A stretch of DNA of 64,000 nt from Heterodontus francisci (Eukaryota). Under the pieces are notes generated by a model that was given only the letters and a program-made list of their open reading frames with translations, made no database searches and was not told the origin of the DNA. The translations under genes and the position numbers were made by a program. Positions 1-13,124 of this stretch are shown here, piece by piece; within the stretch, counting starts at the first letter, position 1; the number at the start of each line of letters is the position of its first letter. The stretch covers positions 8,288,123-8,352,122 of the forward strand of contig NC_090412.1 in assembly GCF_036365525.1 (NCBI RefSeq), read 5' to 3'.

Positions 1-1377
1 CTTCTTTGGCCTCCTTGTCTCGAGAGACAATGGGTAAGCGCCTGGAGGTGGTCAGTGGTTTGTGAAGCAGCGCCTGGAGTGGCTATAAAGGCCAATTCTA
101 GAGTGACAGACTCTTCCACAGGTGCTGCAGATAAAATTGGTTGTCGGGGCTGTTACACAGTTGGCTCTCTCCTTGCGCTTCTGACTTTTTTCCTGCCAAC
201 TGCTAAGTCTCTTCGACTCGCCACGCTTTAGCCCTGCCTTTATGTCTGCCTGCCAGCTCTGGCGATCGCTGGCAACTGACTCCCATGACTTGTGATCAAT
301 GTCGCAGGACTTCATGTCGCGTTTGCAGACGTCTTTAAAGCGGAGACAAGGACGGCCGGTGGGTCTGATACCAGTGGCGAGCTCACTGTACAATGTGTCC
401 TTGGGGATCCTGCCATCTTCCATGCAGCTCACATGGCCAAGCCAGCTCAGGCGCCGCTGGCTCAGTAGGGTATATATACTGGAGATGTTGGCCGCCTCGA
501 GGACTTCTGTGTTGGAGATACGGTCCTGCCACCTGATGCCAAGGATTCTCCAGAGGCAGCGGAGATGGAATGAATTGAGACGTCGCTCTTGGCTGACATA
601 CGTTGTCCAGGCCTCGCTGCCATAGAGCAAGGTACTGAGGACACAGGCTTGATACACTTGGACTTTTGTGTTCCGTGTCAGTGTGCCATTTTCCCACACT
701 CTCTTGGCCAGTCTGGACATAGCAGTGGAAGCCTTTCCCATGCGCTTGTTGATTTCTGCATCGCGAGACAGGTTACTGGTGAAAATTGAGCCTTGTTGGT
801 GAACTCTTGAACCACTTCCAGAGCGTAGTCGCCGATATTTATGGATGGTGCATTTGTGACGCCCTGTCCCATGATGTTCGTTTTCTTGAGGCTGATGGTT
901 AGGCCAAATTCGTTGCAGGCAGCCGCAATCCTGTTGATGAGTCTCTGCAGACACTCTTCAGTGTGAGATGTTAATGCAGCATCGTCAGCAAAGAGGAGTT
1001 CCCTGATGAGGACCTTCCGTACTTTGGTCTTCGCTCTTAGACGGGCAAGGTTGAACAACCTGCCCCCTGATCTTGTGTGGAGGAAAATTCCTTCTTCTGA
1101 AGATTTGAATGCATGTGAGAGCAGCAGGGAGAAGAAGATCCCAAACAGTGTAGGTGCGAGAACACAGCCCTGTTTCACACCACTCAGGATAGGAAAGGGG
1201 TCTGATGAGTCGCCGCTATGCTGAATTGTGCCTTTCATGTTGTCATGGAATGAGGTGATGATACTTAGTAGCTTTGGTGGGCATCCGATCTTTTCTAGTA
1301 GTCTGAAGAGACCACGTCTGCTGACGAGGTCAAAGGCTTTGGTGAGATCAATGGAAGCAACGTAGAGGGGCATCACT
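1..1377 (-). mobile_element. RTE-clade LINE, 5'-truncated, frameshifted
   Basis: RT motifs IDLTKAFD, GVKQGCVLAP, LLFADDAAL and C-terminal CSTCGRVCHSRIGLYSH. 3' end at the window start. Confidence 0.93.
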
Positions 1378-2084
1378 CATTGAGAAAATGAAAGAAGGCA
1401 GGGGTGGGAAATGGCACACAGAATTTGCTTAGCACAAGACAGGAACAAACAGATACCAAACCAATGCATTTCAATAAGACAAAGTGCGTTTCATCCAACC
1501 TTTGCTCACTTGCACCATCTGGTGGCTAAAGATTGAGAAGGGGGGGAAGATATGGAGAACATTTTCTATTGGTTTTCTGTCTTTTGTACACATTAATGCT
1601 TCAGAGGCTTTTAATCTCAGCAAAGGGAGAATGGCAGGCAGGATTTAGGAGCCCCTGAATTACACTGAGGAAATTTCTAATTGGAGGGTGGAGCAATTGC
1701 GATGGGTGGAAAATCCTGTTGGGGGGGGGGGGAAACCTCCCCCACAAAAAACTCAGCACAATGCCCAGGCAATTTTAACAATCCAGAACCGCCAGGTGTG
1801 ACACCAGGTCTGGTCGGGGGAGCAAGAAATCAGGATGGAGGCCACAGGGTGCTGGGGACCCAAGGGAACAGTGCTTGGTAGACTGTCAGTGCTGGGCAAG
1901 GGCTTCATCCGCTGTGCCTGTGCCAGGAGGAAGCCGCAAGACCAGGGCCTGTGACCCAAGCACTCCTTGTGGGGGCCTTTGGGAAGGGGAGCACTCCTGC
2001 CCCTCCTGACCATAAGGATTTCACAGAAAAATATTTTATTTATAACTTGCATTGGCCCCTTCTGGTTAGTCAGGATCTCCTGCC

Positions 2085-2465
2085 TACATTGGCTCCCAGT
2101 CTGGCAACATGTCCATTTAAAAATTCTCACCCTTGTTTGCAGTTTCCTCTATGGCCTCCCCTCTCACTATCTCTGTAATCTCCTCCAGACCTACAACTCT
2201 CCAAGATTTCTGCGCTGCTCCAATTCTGGTCTCTTGCCCATCCCCAATTTTAATCACTCCATGACCAGTGACCGTGCCTTCAGCTGTTTAGGCCATAAAC
2301 TCTGGAATTCCCTCCTTCAACCTCTCTATCACGCTCTCCTCCTTTCAGACGCTCCTAATATCTCCTTATGTGGCTCAGTGTCAAACTTCGTTTGATCATG
2401 CTACTGTAAAGTGTCTTGGGATGTTTTACTACATTAAAGGCACGATATAAATACTAGTTGTTGTT
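2085..2465 (+). mobile_element. L2-type LINE 3' fragment
   Basis: LHWLPV..FKIL..RAFS..LWNSL remnants and tail atataaata..gttgttgtt. Confidence 0.75.
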
Positions 2466-3689
2466 TAAACCCCACTTAAAACATTGTAACTCGGAGCAAT
2501 ATCAATAAACAACAGATGAAGTCCTCCTGTGCATCAGGACAATGTTTAACATTTAAAGCCAGTTAAAGGGGACAGTTGCCCCGTATAGCAGAAGTCATAC
2601 AAAGGTCAAATTTTTCCTGCTACTTCCGCGAAATTTCCCACAATAGCGCTGACAAGAGGAATTTCCCTCTTCTAATTGTACAGACGCTCACAGCGTCCAA
2701 TTTGAGCACGCATGGGATTATAAAATTTAAGGAAATGGGCAAAGGATGAGCATATATGAGGGCAAACTCCAACACGGACTGGTCAGGCTGAATGGCCTGG
2801 CTCAGTGTTGTAATTTTGATGCAAATATGTGTTACTGCTTCCTCTAAACATCACAGTGAATAAGATCACACAGACTGAAATGAACTCAATTCATGGAATA
2901 TACCCTGTCTGAATGGCCAGTGCTATAAAATTAACACACTGGGATCATGCAGTTCTGATGTTGGCAATTAGCAAAGATTTTTGTGGGGGGGGGGGGGGGG
3001 AAATTCACTCACAGACCCAGTTATCCAAAGCAAATTAAATAGATCATCTAACCATCTAAAGGAAGTTCAAACAATAACCTGATTGAGAACAATTCACACA
3101 TCAAAGAATGCCATTGGTGTGATGGTGGTAGTCATCAAATAATATTCCGCTAACTGACAGGGGCTCCCTAACCAAATGCCCCTTTACGCCACTCACTGCC
3201 TTGTACAGTCTCCTGCCTCAGTCCTCTCCCAGTCGCTTTAAGAAGAATGAAAATGATTGAATGACCTGTTCAATTTGACTCAGGTCATTTTCTTTGACCC
3301 TTTACTCTTGTGCCAGTTAGTCATCGCTTATATCTCATTATTAGAATCATACAATCATGCAACATAGAAGGAAACCTTTCAGCCCTTTGTGGCTGTTCGG
3401 CCCAACCCACCACCCCCCCCCCCCGCCACCCCCACCCCCACTCAGTAATTGACATTTTCAATCAAGTCGAAAAAATTGACTTTTTGTCACATCTTGTGGG
3501 CATGACTTGTTTTATAAAATGAGTCTTTTAGGTTGAACTGAACCTGCCTGTTGGTTTCCTATGCATCACAGTGACAGTCAGTGGACTTAAAAGTAATTCA
3601 TTGTAAAAGCACTGCTTGGAGACATTCCTAAGAGACACGATAAAGAAGTAAAAAATTGTTTTTTGCACCTTATCACAGCTCCAAGTGTT

Positions 3690-4215
3690 CCTTTTGTGTG
3701 CAGCAAGATCACACAAACAGCAGTGAGATGAATAAGCAGTTGTTCAGTTTTAAGTGGTGTGGTTTGAGGGACGAATGTTGCCCGGGACAGTTTGGGAACT
3801 TCCTGCCCTTCTTCAATCCATGGGATCTTTAATGGCATCTACCTGAACAGACAAACAGGGCCTCGGTTTTACATCTCATTAAAGGTGGCACCCCTGATAG
3901 TGCAGCACTCCCTTCAGTGACTTCAGCACAAGATCTAGGCTGGCACTCCCAGTGCAGTACTGAGGGAGTGCTGCACTGTCGGAGGTGCCGTCTTTCGGAT
4001 GAGACAAACCAAGGCCCCTCCTGCCCCCTCTAGTAGATGTAAAAGATCCCATGGCCTATTTTGAAGAAGAGCAGGGGAGTTCTCCCTTGTGTCCTGGCCA
4101 GTATTTGCCCCTGAATCAACATTACCACTGTGGCTGCACTGCAAAAAAAAAATTGACTATGAAGTACATTGGGATGTCCTGGGGTTGTGAAAGGTGCTAT
4201 ATAAATGCAAGTATT
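3690..4215. mobile_element. Two DeuSINE/SacSINE-type SINE fragments in opposite orientation
   Basis: gcagtactgagggagtgctgcactgtc core and gtgctatataaatgcaagt tail. Confidence 0.65.
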
Positions 4216-6379
4216 TTTGCAGTACCACTTGATCCAACCAAAGCCACATAAATAATAACGAGACATTTTGTGCATCTTGAGTGCAGATCGTGCATGGGAA
4301 TAAACTTGCATGATTTATGACAGTCTTGTCACCTCTATGCTGGGAGTAGAGCCTTACCATAAAAGTGGCTGTCTTTCGCCTGTAATTGATGAAGATAGCT
4401 TCTCCATCTCCGTGTTGATTTGACCTTTGCCTGGACTCTAAGGAGATTACATCATCTTTAATCAATAGAAATCCTACAGTCACGTCCATAGTTTGTTTTT
4501 CCAGGATTTTTTAAAAAAAGGTAAGTAGTAATTGCCAAGATTCCTATTTAAAGCAAATGGCCTTTGTGTCCTTGATGAGTTTATTTTGTGTCAGTATTTG
4601 GGTTTGTTGATAGTTTGGGTGATGCTTTTATAGGAGGGGTGAGTAATGTAGCAGTGACTGGTGAGTTGTAAATGAGAGTTGGCACAGTGCAGTGTACATA
4701 TTTCATTTAAATTCTTTTAGCATTTATTTCCCCATAGGGAAGTCAAACAACTTAGAATTCACAGTCTCTAAATGTTGTGTTCATTATGCAAGTACATTCT
4801 CAGCAATGCTTAAAGTTTATGACATTTGAGTTATAATTCTTAACTTAAGCCATCTGAAGTTTTATTGTACCATCCGGCTTTCCTTTCATTAACAAGTGAA
4901 GGAAATGACAGGTCACAATCAACCTCATCCTCTTCTCTCTGTAAGAAAGCTCAGTGAATGATTATGTGGCTTACCCACAGGTTTGGTTTTATGGCAGTGG
5001 CTTCCTTTGTGCTATTGCCAAGATGCCAGGGATCCTCCGCCATGACGGGCAAACAGACATGACAACAAAAACAATGGTTAAAACATTACGTACTATTTCA
5101 TGGTATTTACAGCACAGAAACAGACCTATTGGCGCAGATGCTCCATGTCAATGTTTATGCTCCACTAGTGCCTCCTTCCAACACTCTTCATCTAACCTCA
5201 TCAACATATCCTTCTATTCCTTTCACCCTCATGTTTATCTAGCTTCCCCTTAAATGCATTTATACTAGTCAGCTTAACTATATCTTGTGGGAGCGAATTC
5301 CACATTCTAACCGCACTCTGGGTAAAGAAGTTTCTCTTGAATTCCCTATTGGAATGATTAGTGACTATCTTAGTCCATCCATGTTCATTACCTCTAGGTT
5401 CTATTTTTTCCAATGATTTCCCTTTTACATTCCACTCCTTAACAATCTCTAAACTCATCTAAATCTCTACTGTCCGCACTTACCTATCACTTCGGTCCTT
5501 GCCAACATTCACTGGCTTCCCATCCGAATCAAAATCCTTGTCTCACTTTCAAATACCTCCATGGCCTCAGCCATCTCTGTCTCTGCAACCTGCTTCAGCC
5601 AAACATCCCAGCTGTTACCCTCATCCCACTGTGAATCCTCCCACTTTCCACTCTCCCATTAATGGCACAGCTTTCAGCCACTTTGCCCCTTGTACTCTGG
5701 AACTCTCTCGCTGATTCCTTCCTCCCTCATTCTGTCTCCCCCCACCTACCAAAGCATCCTCAAAGCCTACATTTTGGCCTTTGACTTTTGTCACCTCCTC
5801 TAGTTCTTCTCAAGTCCTCCTTGATCTCTGTTCTCCCCTCAAGATGTTTTATAATGTTGAAGGTGATATAAAATTGCAAATTCTTTTGTTGGCCACTTGA
5901 CCAGGGCAATCTTTTTAAAATAATTAAATCTTTTATTAAAAGTCCCACCTGAACTAAGAGCTGAAGACTCACTTGCCTCTCCTCAGGTTCTATTGTACAG
6001 TCTCACATACCATAACCTGACACAACATGGGCAATTAGGAATGGGCAATAAATGCTGGTATTGCCAGCAAGGCTCACAACCCATTTATAGTGTGTTTGTT
6101 ATAAATAATACAGTGAGAGATATTCTTTAGGTTAGAACACATTTCATATTGTTCCTCAGCACTAGTTGCTTTATGTGTATGAAACTATATATTTCTTTCT
6201 TTCTCTTAACTTAAAAACCAAGCTGCTCATTGGACAACCAGTTGCAGTTTGCACAGCCAAATTCCTCTGTTGGCAAATTACTGTGAAGTTGTATTAAGGT
6301 ACGTTGACTGTGAATAACATACAGCTCGTTCGTGAAATACATTCATAAAAAGCGCACCAAGAACTTGGAGACCAGAGAC

Positions 6380-9362
6380 AGAGAAAACACAGCCGGAGCA
6401 GAACCGGGGGAAAATCGAAAGGTGACATCAAAGCGACGTCACAGTGGACAGAGAGAGAGCAAGGAAACAGAAAGCTGTCGGTGTGAGTATACAGGTAAGC
6501 TTTTAACTTAATCTAAATCAATCAGATATAAAATAAGACATGATCGATTCATTAGTATATAAACTAATAACTAAAGTGAATTTTATAATTTATATTATAG
6601 AGTGAGAGAGAGAGAGACCAGCAGGGAGTGTACTTGCTCAAATTCAGACAACTTAATGCATAAGCTGTATTAAGTTTATTAAGGTTTATCAGTATTTGTA
6701 AGATTTAATAATAGTAATAAGGTTTATTAGATTTAGCAAGCTTTATTAGCATTAGTAAGGTCCATTGCCAGTAGGAAGGTCTACATATCTGTGTAATCAA
6801 GAAAAGTATAACTTTAGAACAAGTGAGTAGCTGGTGAGTATTTTTATTTTTTGAGTAAGGTTTATTTTAACTGGTGAACTGTATAGATTTTTAGTAGGAT
6901 TTAACAGTACCAGTAAGGTTTTATTAATAATTCTAAGGTGTTGTAGTATTGGTAAGGATTTTTTTTAGCAGTAACAAAGGGTCAACTAATAAATAAAGGA
7001 ACGGCGGGGGTGCTTCAACCTCAAGAGTGCACCTCCTGTGCTATGTGGGAGCTCCAGGATGCTTCCCGTATAATGGAGAACCATTTGTGCAGGAAATGTT
7101 GTCAATTGCGGCAGCTTGAGCTCTGGGCTTTGGAACTTGAGCAGCAGCTGATGACATGAGGATGAGAGCTACATGGATGGCATGTTTATATGTTTATATA
7201 TGTGGTCACCCCACAGCTTACGAGTATGCGGGGAGACAGGGAATGAGTGACCACCAGGCAGTCAAACAAAATCAGACAGGTAGTGCAGGAGACCTCTGAG
7301 TGAATCTCACTCTCCAACAGGTATTCAGTTCTGAGGCCAATTTTACTAAACTGAGGAGTGATTTTGTGAAAGTGGACTGGAAACAGCTATTTGAGGGTAA
7401 ATCAGTGTCAGAACAGTGGGAGGCATTCAAAGGGGAGATTCAAGGGGTTCAGAGTAAACATGTTCCCACAAAGAAAAAGGGTGAGACGGACAAATCTAGA
7501 GCCCCATGGATGACAAGGAGCCTACAGGGTAAGATAAGGCAGAAAAGGAAAGCTTATGTCCGATACCGAGAACTCAATACTACAGAAAGCCGAGAGGAAT
7601 ATAGAAAGTGGAGGGGTAAAATCAAAAAGGAAATTAGGGAAACAAAGAGAGGGCATGAAAGATTATTGGCAAGCAAAATCAAGGTGAAGTAAAAGGATAA
7701 CTAAGGAGAGAGTAGGACCCATAAAAGACCAAAAAAGTAACCTATGTGTAGGAGCGGAAGATATTGGTATGATTCTTAATGAATACTTAATGAATGTCTT
7801 CATAAAGGAGAGGGACAATGCAGATATTGTGGTTAAGGAGGAGGAGTGTGAAGTATTGGATGTGATAAAGATAGGGAGAGAGGAAGTATTAATGGAATTA
7901 GCATCCTTGAACATTGAAAAATCACCACAGCCAGACGAAATGTACCCGAGGCTGTTAAAAGAAGCAAGAGAGGAAATAATAGAAGGTCTGACCATCATTT
8001 TCCAGTCCTCACTGGATACAGGTGTGGTGCCAGACGATTGGAGAACTGCTAGCATTGTACCTCTGTTTAAAAAGGGAGCGAAGGATAGACTGAATAATTA
8101 CAAGCCAGTCAGTCTAACCTCAGTAGTGGGCAAATTATTGGAATCTATTCTGAGAGACAGGATAACCGGTCACTTAGAAAGGCATAGGTTAATCAAGGAT
8201 AGTCAGCATGGATTTGTTAAGGGAAGATCTTTTGACAGGCTGGTTAAAAAATTAAAATCCCATGGGATTCAGGGCAATGCAGCAAGGTGGATACAAAATT
8301 GGCTCAGTGGCAGGAAACAAAGGGTAATTGTTGACAGGTGTTTTAGCGACTGGAGGTCCGTTTGCAGTGGCGTTCCGCAGGGCTCAGAACTGGATCCCCT
8401 GCTTTTTGTTGTATATATTAACGATTTGGACGTAACTGTAGGGAGAATGATCAAGAAGTTCGCAGACAACACAAAGATTGGCCGTGTGGTAGATAGCGAG
8501 GAGGATAGCTGTAGGCTGCAGGAAGATATTGATGGTCTGGTCAGATGGGCAGAAAAGTGGCAAATGGAATTCAACCTGGAGAAGCGTGAGGTGATGCATT
8601 TGGGGAGGTCAAACAAGGCATAAGAATACACGATAAATGGGAAAATACTGAGTAGTGTAGAGGAAGTGAGGGACCTTGGAGTGAATGTCCACAGATCCCT
8701 GAAAGTAGCAGGACAGATCGACAAGGTGGTTAAGAAGGTATACGGAATCCTCTCCTTTATTGGCCGAGGTATAGAATGTAAGAGCAGGGAGGTTATGCTG
8801 GAACTGTATAACTCATTGGTTAGGCCACAACTTGAGTACTGTGTGCAGTTCTGGTCACCTCATTACAGAAAGGATGCAATTGCATGAGAGAGGATACAGA
8901 GGAGATTTACGAGGATGTTGCCAGGACTGGAAAAATGCAGCTATCAGGAAAGATTGGATAGGCTGGGGTTGTTCTTGGAACAGAGAAGGCCGAGGGGAGA
9001 TCTGATTGAAATGTACAAAATTTTGAAGGGCCTGGATAGAGTGGAGGTGAAGGGTCGAGGAGAGAGGTCACTGACTAGGGGGCATAGATTTAAAGTGACT
9101 GGTAGAAAATTAGAGGGGAGATGAGGAAAAACTTTTTCACCCAGAGGGTGGTGGGGAACTGGAACTCACTGCCTGAAAGGATTGTTGAGGCAGAAACCCT
9201 CAACTCATTCAAAAGGACTCTGGAAATGCACCTCAAGTGCCGTAATCTGCAGGGCTACGGACCAAATGCTGAAAGGTGGGTTTAGAATAGGTGGATTGTT
9301 TCTTGGCCGGCAGACATGATGGGCCAAGTGGCCTCTTTCTGTGCCTTAAAGTTTCTATGGTT
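6380..9362 (+). mobile_element. CR1 LINE with 5' region, ORF1 remnant and internally deleted ORF2
   Basis: ORF1-like CxxC..MWE..CRKC near 7030-7100, jump into ORF2 at about 7333, RT motifs [35 protein letters not shown]1 3'UTR. Confidence 0.9.
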
Positions 9363-9518
9363 AGTTTATCAATCTAACAAAGCTTTGAGAAGCTCGGCAA
9401 TTACAAGCTAAACTGGTAGAGCCTGTCCGCTCTACAGCCTGTCAGGAGTTGGCAGAATTCTGTTCCTAAATGACTTGTCATCATGACATCTCCCTCATTA
9501 ATAGCCTCCCCTCTTCAG

Positions 9519-10704
9519 ATTGCACCATCAAGCCAACCTTCCCTGATTTCCTTCTTACTCCGGTCCTGGTCCGACTTCGAACTGTGACTTTTTGCTGCAT
9601 TACAGGGACTTTAATAAACTTTAATTGTCATTGAAGGTGTGATTGAAATCTGGCGCCATCTCAGTCCCAAGGGGTGTGTGAGTACAAAGCACAGAAAGCA
9701 CTAGATTCAGCACACCACTGGCAGGTCCAGACTCTACAGTGTGGTTAGAGCTATTCTGGTGTTGTGGTGAGTTTAACACAGAGCAACGGTTTCTTTGTCT
9801 TTCCATCTTACATACCTAAGAAACAATCGCATATCTGCAGCTGAGATCTGTGTGTTTGGTGGTTTAAACACAGCACACAGATAAACTCCAAGCATCAGAG
9901 AGAGAGCGCAAGAGTGGGGAAAGCAAACCTGTCACAGTTGTGTAATGCTGTAGATAAATGCAACTGTCAATTTATTTGATAGATGAAACCTTATCTGTTC
10001 AGAAAATCAAGTCTAATTAATTGCTGTTGATCTGCAGGCTGGCAATGGTCAGCACTATTTTCATTTTTATTCAGATTTAAATTGATGTGGACGTTAATAA
10101 TTTGATCACTTTAATTTTTTATCAAAAACACATCACGCAATCTGGTTAAGGAAGTGACTGGCACAATAAATCTATCAGGAAAGATTGAATAGGTTGTGCC
10201 TCCTTTCTCCAGAAAAGAGAAGGCTAAGGGGTGATCTTATAGAGGTCCTGAAGATCTTGAAAGGGTTTGATAGGCTAGACATAGAGAAAATGTTTCCACT
10301 TGTTGGGGGAGGCGGGGGAGTCCAGATCTAGAGGCAATAAATATAATAAATCCAACAGGGAATTCAGGAGAAACTGCTTATTCAGAGTGTTGAGACTGTG
10401 GAACTTGCTAACATAAGTAGTTGAGGCACACAGCATAGAGGCATCTAAGAGCAAACTAGATAAGCTCATGAGGGAGAAGGGAATAGAAGGTGATGCTTAT
10501 AGAGTGAGATGAAGTTGGGAGGGGAGAAAACTCATGTGGAGCATAAGGACCGGCACAAACCAGTTGGGCTGAATGGCCTGTTTCTGTGCTGTAGATTCTA
10601 TGTAATTCTGTGTAACCTGTTGCAGTAATTTGATCCTTTGTTCTGTTGCGCAGGTTCCAGTTCAGACTTTGTCCTACACTCGCAGCACAAAGGAAGTTTC
10701 CTGA
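9519..10704 (+). pseudogene. Possible degenerate CP/TM exon (9519-9677) and tail exon (10654-10704) of a convergent receptor-like paralogue
   Basis: ctcttcag|(D)CTIKPTFPDFLLTPVLVRLRTVTFCCITGTLIN[frameshift]LIVIEGVIEIWRHLSPKGC|GTGAGT, then gcgcag|VPVQTLSYTRSTKEVS*. Weak similarity to the TM exon at 13125-13282. Confidence 0.3.
10165..10615 (+). mobile_element. CR1 LINE 3' fragment
   Basis: ERLNRL..RRLRGDL..WNLL remnants and ctgtgctgta..ttctatg tail. Confidence 0.75.
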
Positions 10705-11857
10705 CGAGGTACCAAAGCCGCCCATGAACCGAACCCCATGATCTTTGCACGTGTCGGGAGTGGGGAGTGAGCCATGGAACTAACGACAACCCTCAGACAT
10801 GGTGTATCTCACTGGAGACCGCACGGGGTTCCTAGCCCACTCTGCATTGTAAGAGACAGTGGCTGGGATCTACCACTCTTCATAGTGGGACTGGGGCAGT
10901 TGAGGGTAGAAAACTGGAAAGGGGATGCATTCCATTGTGTCCTTACCCACATGCAACCTTCAATAAGCCCAACATTTTCCTGCCATGGCAACACTGGACA
11001 CTATTCATCCTGATTTGTGTTGGAGGTTACTGTTCCATTTTTTACATTCAGTAATCAATCGCAGACTGATCAATTGCATAGAGTAGGGTGTCCAAATGAA
11101 AGATTTGTTTTAAAAAATCAGTGTTTCACTGGAACTCAGAAGGCCAGTAGGATCACTACCAGTACAACTGGCATTTATATAGCGCCCATAACATAATGAA
11201 ACATCCCAAGGCACTTCACAAGACTGTTACAAAGCAAAATTTGACATAGAGCCAAATTAGGAGATATTAGGACAGGTGACCAAAAGCTTGGTCAAACTTA
11301 GGTTTTAAGGGGGTCTTAGAGAAGGAGAGAGAGGTAGAGAGGTGGGGAGGCTTAGGGATGGAATTCCAGACCTTAGGACCTTGGCAGCTGAAGGCGTTTT
11401 TTCTGCACTCCCACTCCGGCCATTTCTGGGCAGACTCACAAAAAAACATCTACCGTCACAATCGGATCACCCAAATCCATCCAGTTCCATTCTGCAGATG
11501 TTTCTTGCACAAGATACCCGGCTGCTGAGACTGCGTCTTCAAGCAAAGAAGCAGTGGAATAAGGCTGCAGAAAGATCCATAAACAACTGCTCCATTAACA
11601 GGCGGAACGGACAACAATGTTAACGTTATCGCAGAAATATCATGGCAAACCTACTCCGCCGCCACCATCACCAAAACAGTCCATCTGGTCACTATCGCAT
11701 TGCTGTTTGTGGGATCTTGCTGTGTGCAATTTGGCTGCTGCATCTCCTGACAATACAACTGTGACTACACTTCAAACAGTACTTCATTGATAGTGCTTTG
11801 GGACGTCATGAGATTGTGAAAGGCACTATATAAATCCAAATTATTTCTTTAATAGTT

Positions 11858-11896
11858 AATAAATAAAACTATAAGCAGCTTTTCAACATGTTTATT
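11858..11896. terminator. Convergent candidate polyA signals (AATAAA on + at 11858/11862; AATAAA on - at 11891-11896)
   Basis: Both hexamers are visible within 40 bp. The minus-strand one is about 1.2 kb after the receptor stop codon. Confidence 0.35.
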
Positions 11897-12480
11897 TGCA
11901 ACATAGCACATTTATGACAAACAGTTCCTCAAGCCAACGTATCATGAATCAACAATGTTTGAAAAGACTATAACTTCTAGAATGAGTCAACAAAAATACC
12001 AAGCCTGTGGAATTCTGTCAGATAATGAGGACTGGATTGAGAATTTTATTCTCCATAATATATATTGACTGTTGTACTGTATAAGCTGATGTCCAATGAC
12101 TAGAAATGTAGGTGATGTTTGGGGGTCTGGAAGGAGGGTGTTAACCTAAACACGTGTCTTTATGGAGGCTGTTACTGCAGCTCACGCTAGGGCGTGTCCT
12201 CACTCCACTCCTGGCGTGCTCTCGGTTTCCTGTGTATACCAAGCTCTCCAATGCCACTCCCAATGACTCCAGGTTTCAGTCTGCTGCCCAACCCTCTCTC
12301 TCTCTCACTCTCCCTCGTTCGCACTCTCTTCTCCCACGTTTCCAATCTCCTGCTTCCCATCTTTCGGATTCTCCTGCTCCTCTCTCAGGCACCTTTATAA
12401 ACCCAACTTTATGACCACGTTTTCAGTCACTCCTTCCCCTCTCTGTCTGTCTCTGTGAACCGGTGGGGGGGGGGGGGGGG

Positions 12481-12883
12481 GTGGTTTGCCAACTCTCCAG
12501 GATTGCCCTGGAGTTTCCAGGAATTAACGATTAATCTCCAGGATATTGCTGCAAGCAATGCGGGGGAAAACTCAAAGACGTTAAATAAAATTGTGGGGGG
12601 GGGGGGTTTTTGCATTTTCTTTGAGCATTTGTTATTTGTAAAAATATTGGAGATGGGATAAAAAGGCAATTTGACTGACAGTTCAGTATCATCCAATCAG
12701 ATAATTAAGAGTCTGTTTGCCTTCCAATGGTGGAGAGCGTGGTGCGCTGGAAGGATGTATGTGTCAGGTGACCAATAGCAAGCGTGTCGGGGATGGGGGG
12801 GGGGGGACGGGACAGGGCAGTTAGAGACTGGATGTCATGTGACAAAACCTCCAGGATTAAGTCCAACTAGAGTTGGCAACCCT
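12481..12883. mobile_element. Non-autonomous hAT-like MITE in the putative 3'UTR of the receptor gene
   Basis: Terminal inverted ends ggtttgccaactct ... agagttggcaacccta. Confidence 0.55.
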
Positions 12884-13124
12884 AGTCTTGGGGGCCGTTC
12901 ATCTAGCTCCATTTGGATTTGCCCACCTGTAAAAAAATTACCCCAATTTAACATAGATAGCGAGCATTTTTAAGCATGGCTGTTTGGTGGAAAAAGATGC
13001 AAGCACTAAGAATTCTTAATGATTGGACATCAGGCAACATGATTTAAGTTTCACTTCAGTCGCAAGTGGAGGAGAGCCCAGCGAGAGACTGATCAGCGAG
13101 GCTCGGTGCTGACACAAAGTGCCA

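Noticed and set aside
52-1376. Long ORFs here (and at 7769-9124, 60010-62019) as host genes
   Set aside because: They are frameshifted RTE/CR1 reverse-transcriptase remnants.
2819-3600. Octamer at 2819 and isolated CACAGTG heptamers at 2852 and about 3567
   Set aside because: No matching nonamers at 12/23 spacing and no adjacent coding segment.
4250-5050. Degenerate + strand V/J remnants (LECRSC.., LDS..GDY, WFYGSG)
   Set aside because: Requires several stops and frameshifts, and no properly spaced RSS is present. Cannot be distinguished from chance by eye.
6220-6350. Degenerate C1 exon fragment (..VAVCTAKF.. / ..NYCEV..)
   Set aside because: Motifs are partial, in different frames and interrupted by stops.
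1378-13000. NFKB2 exons expected from human synteny
   Set aside because: No ankyrin, death-domain or DSAYGS-like coding segments were recognised in this interval.
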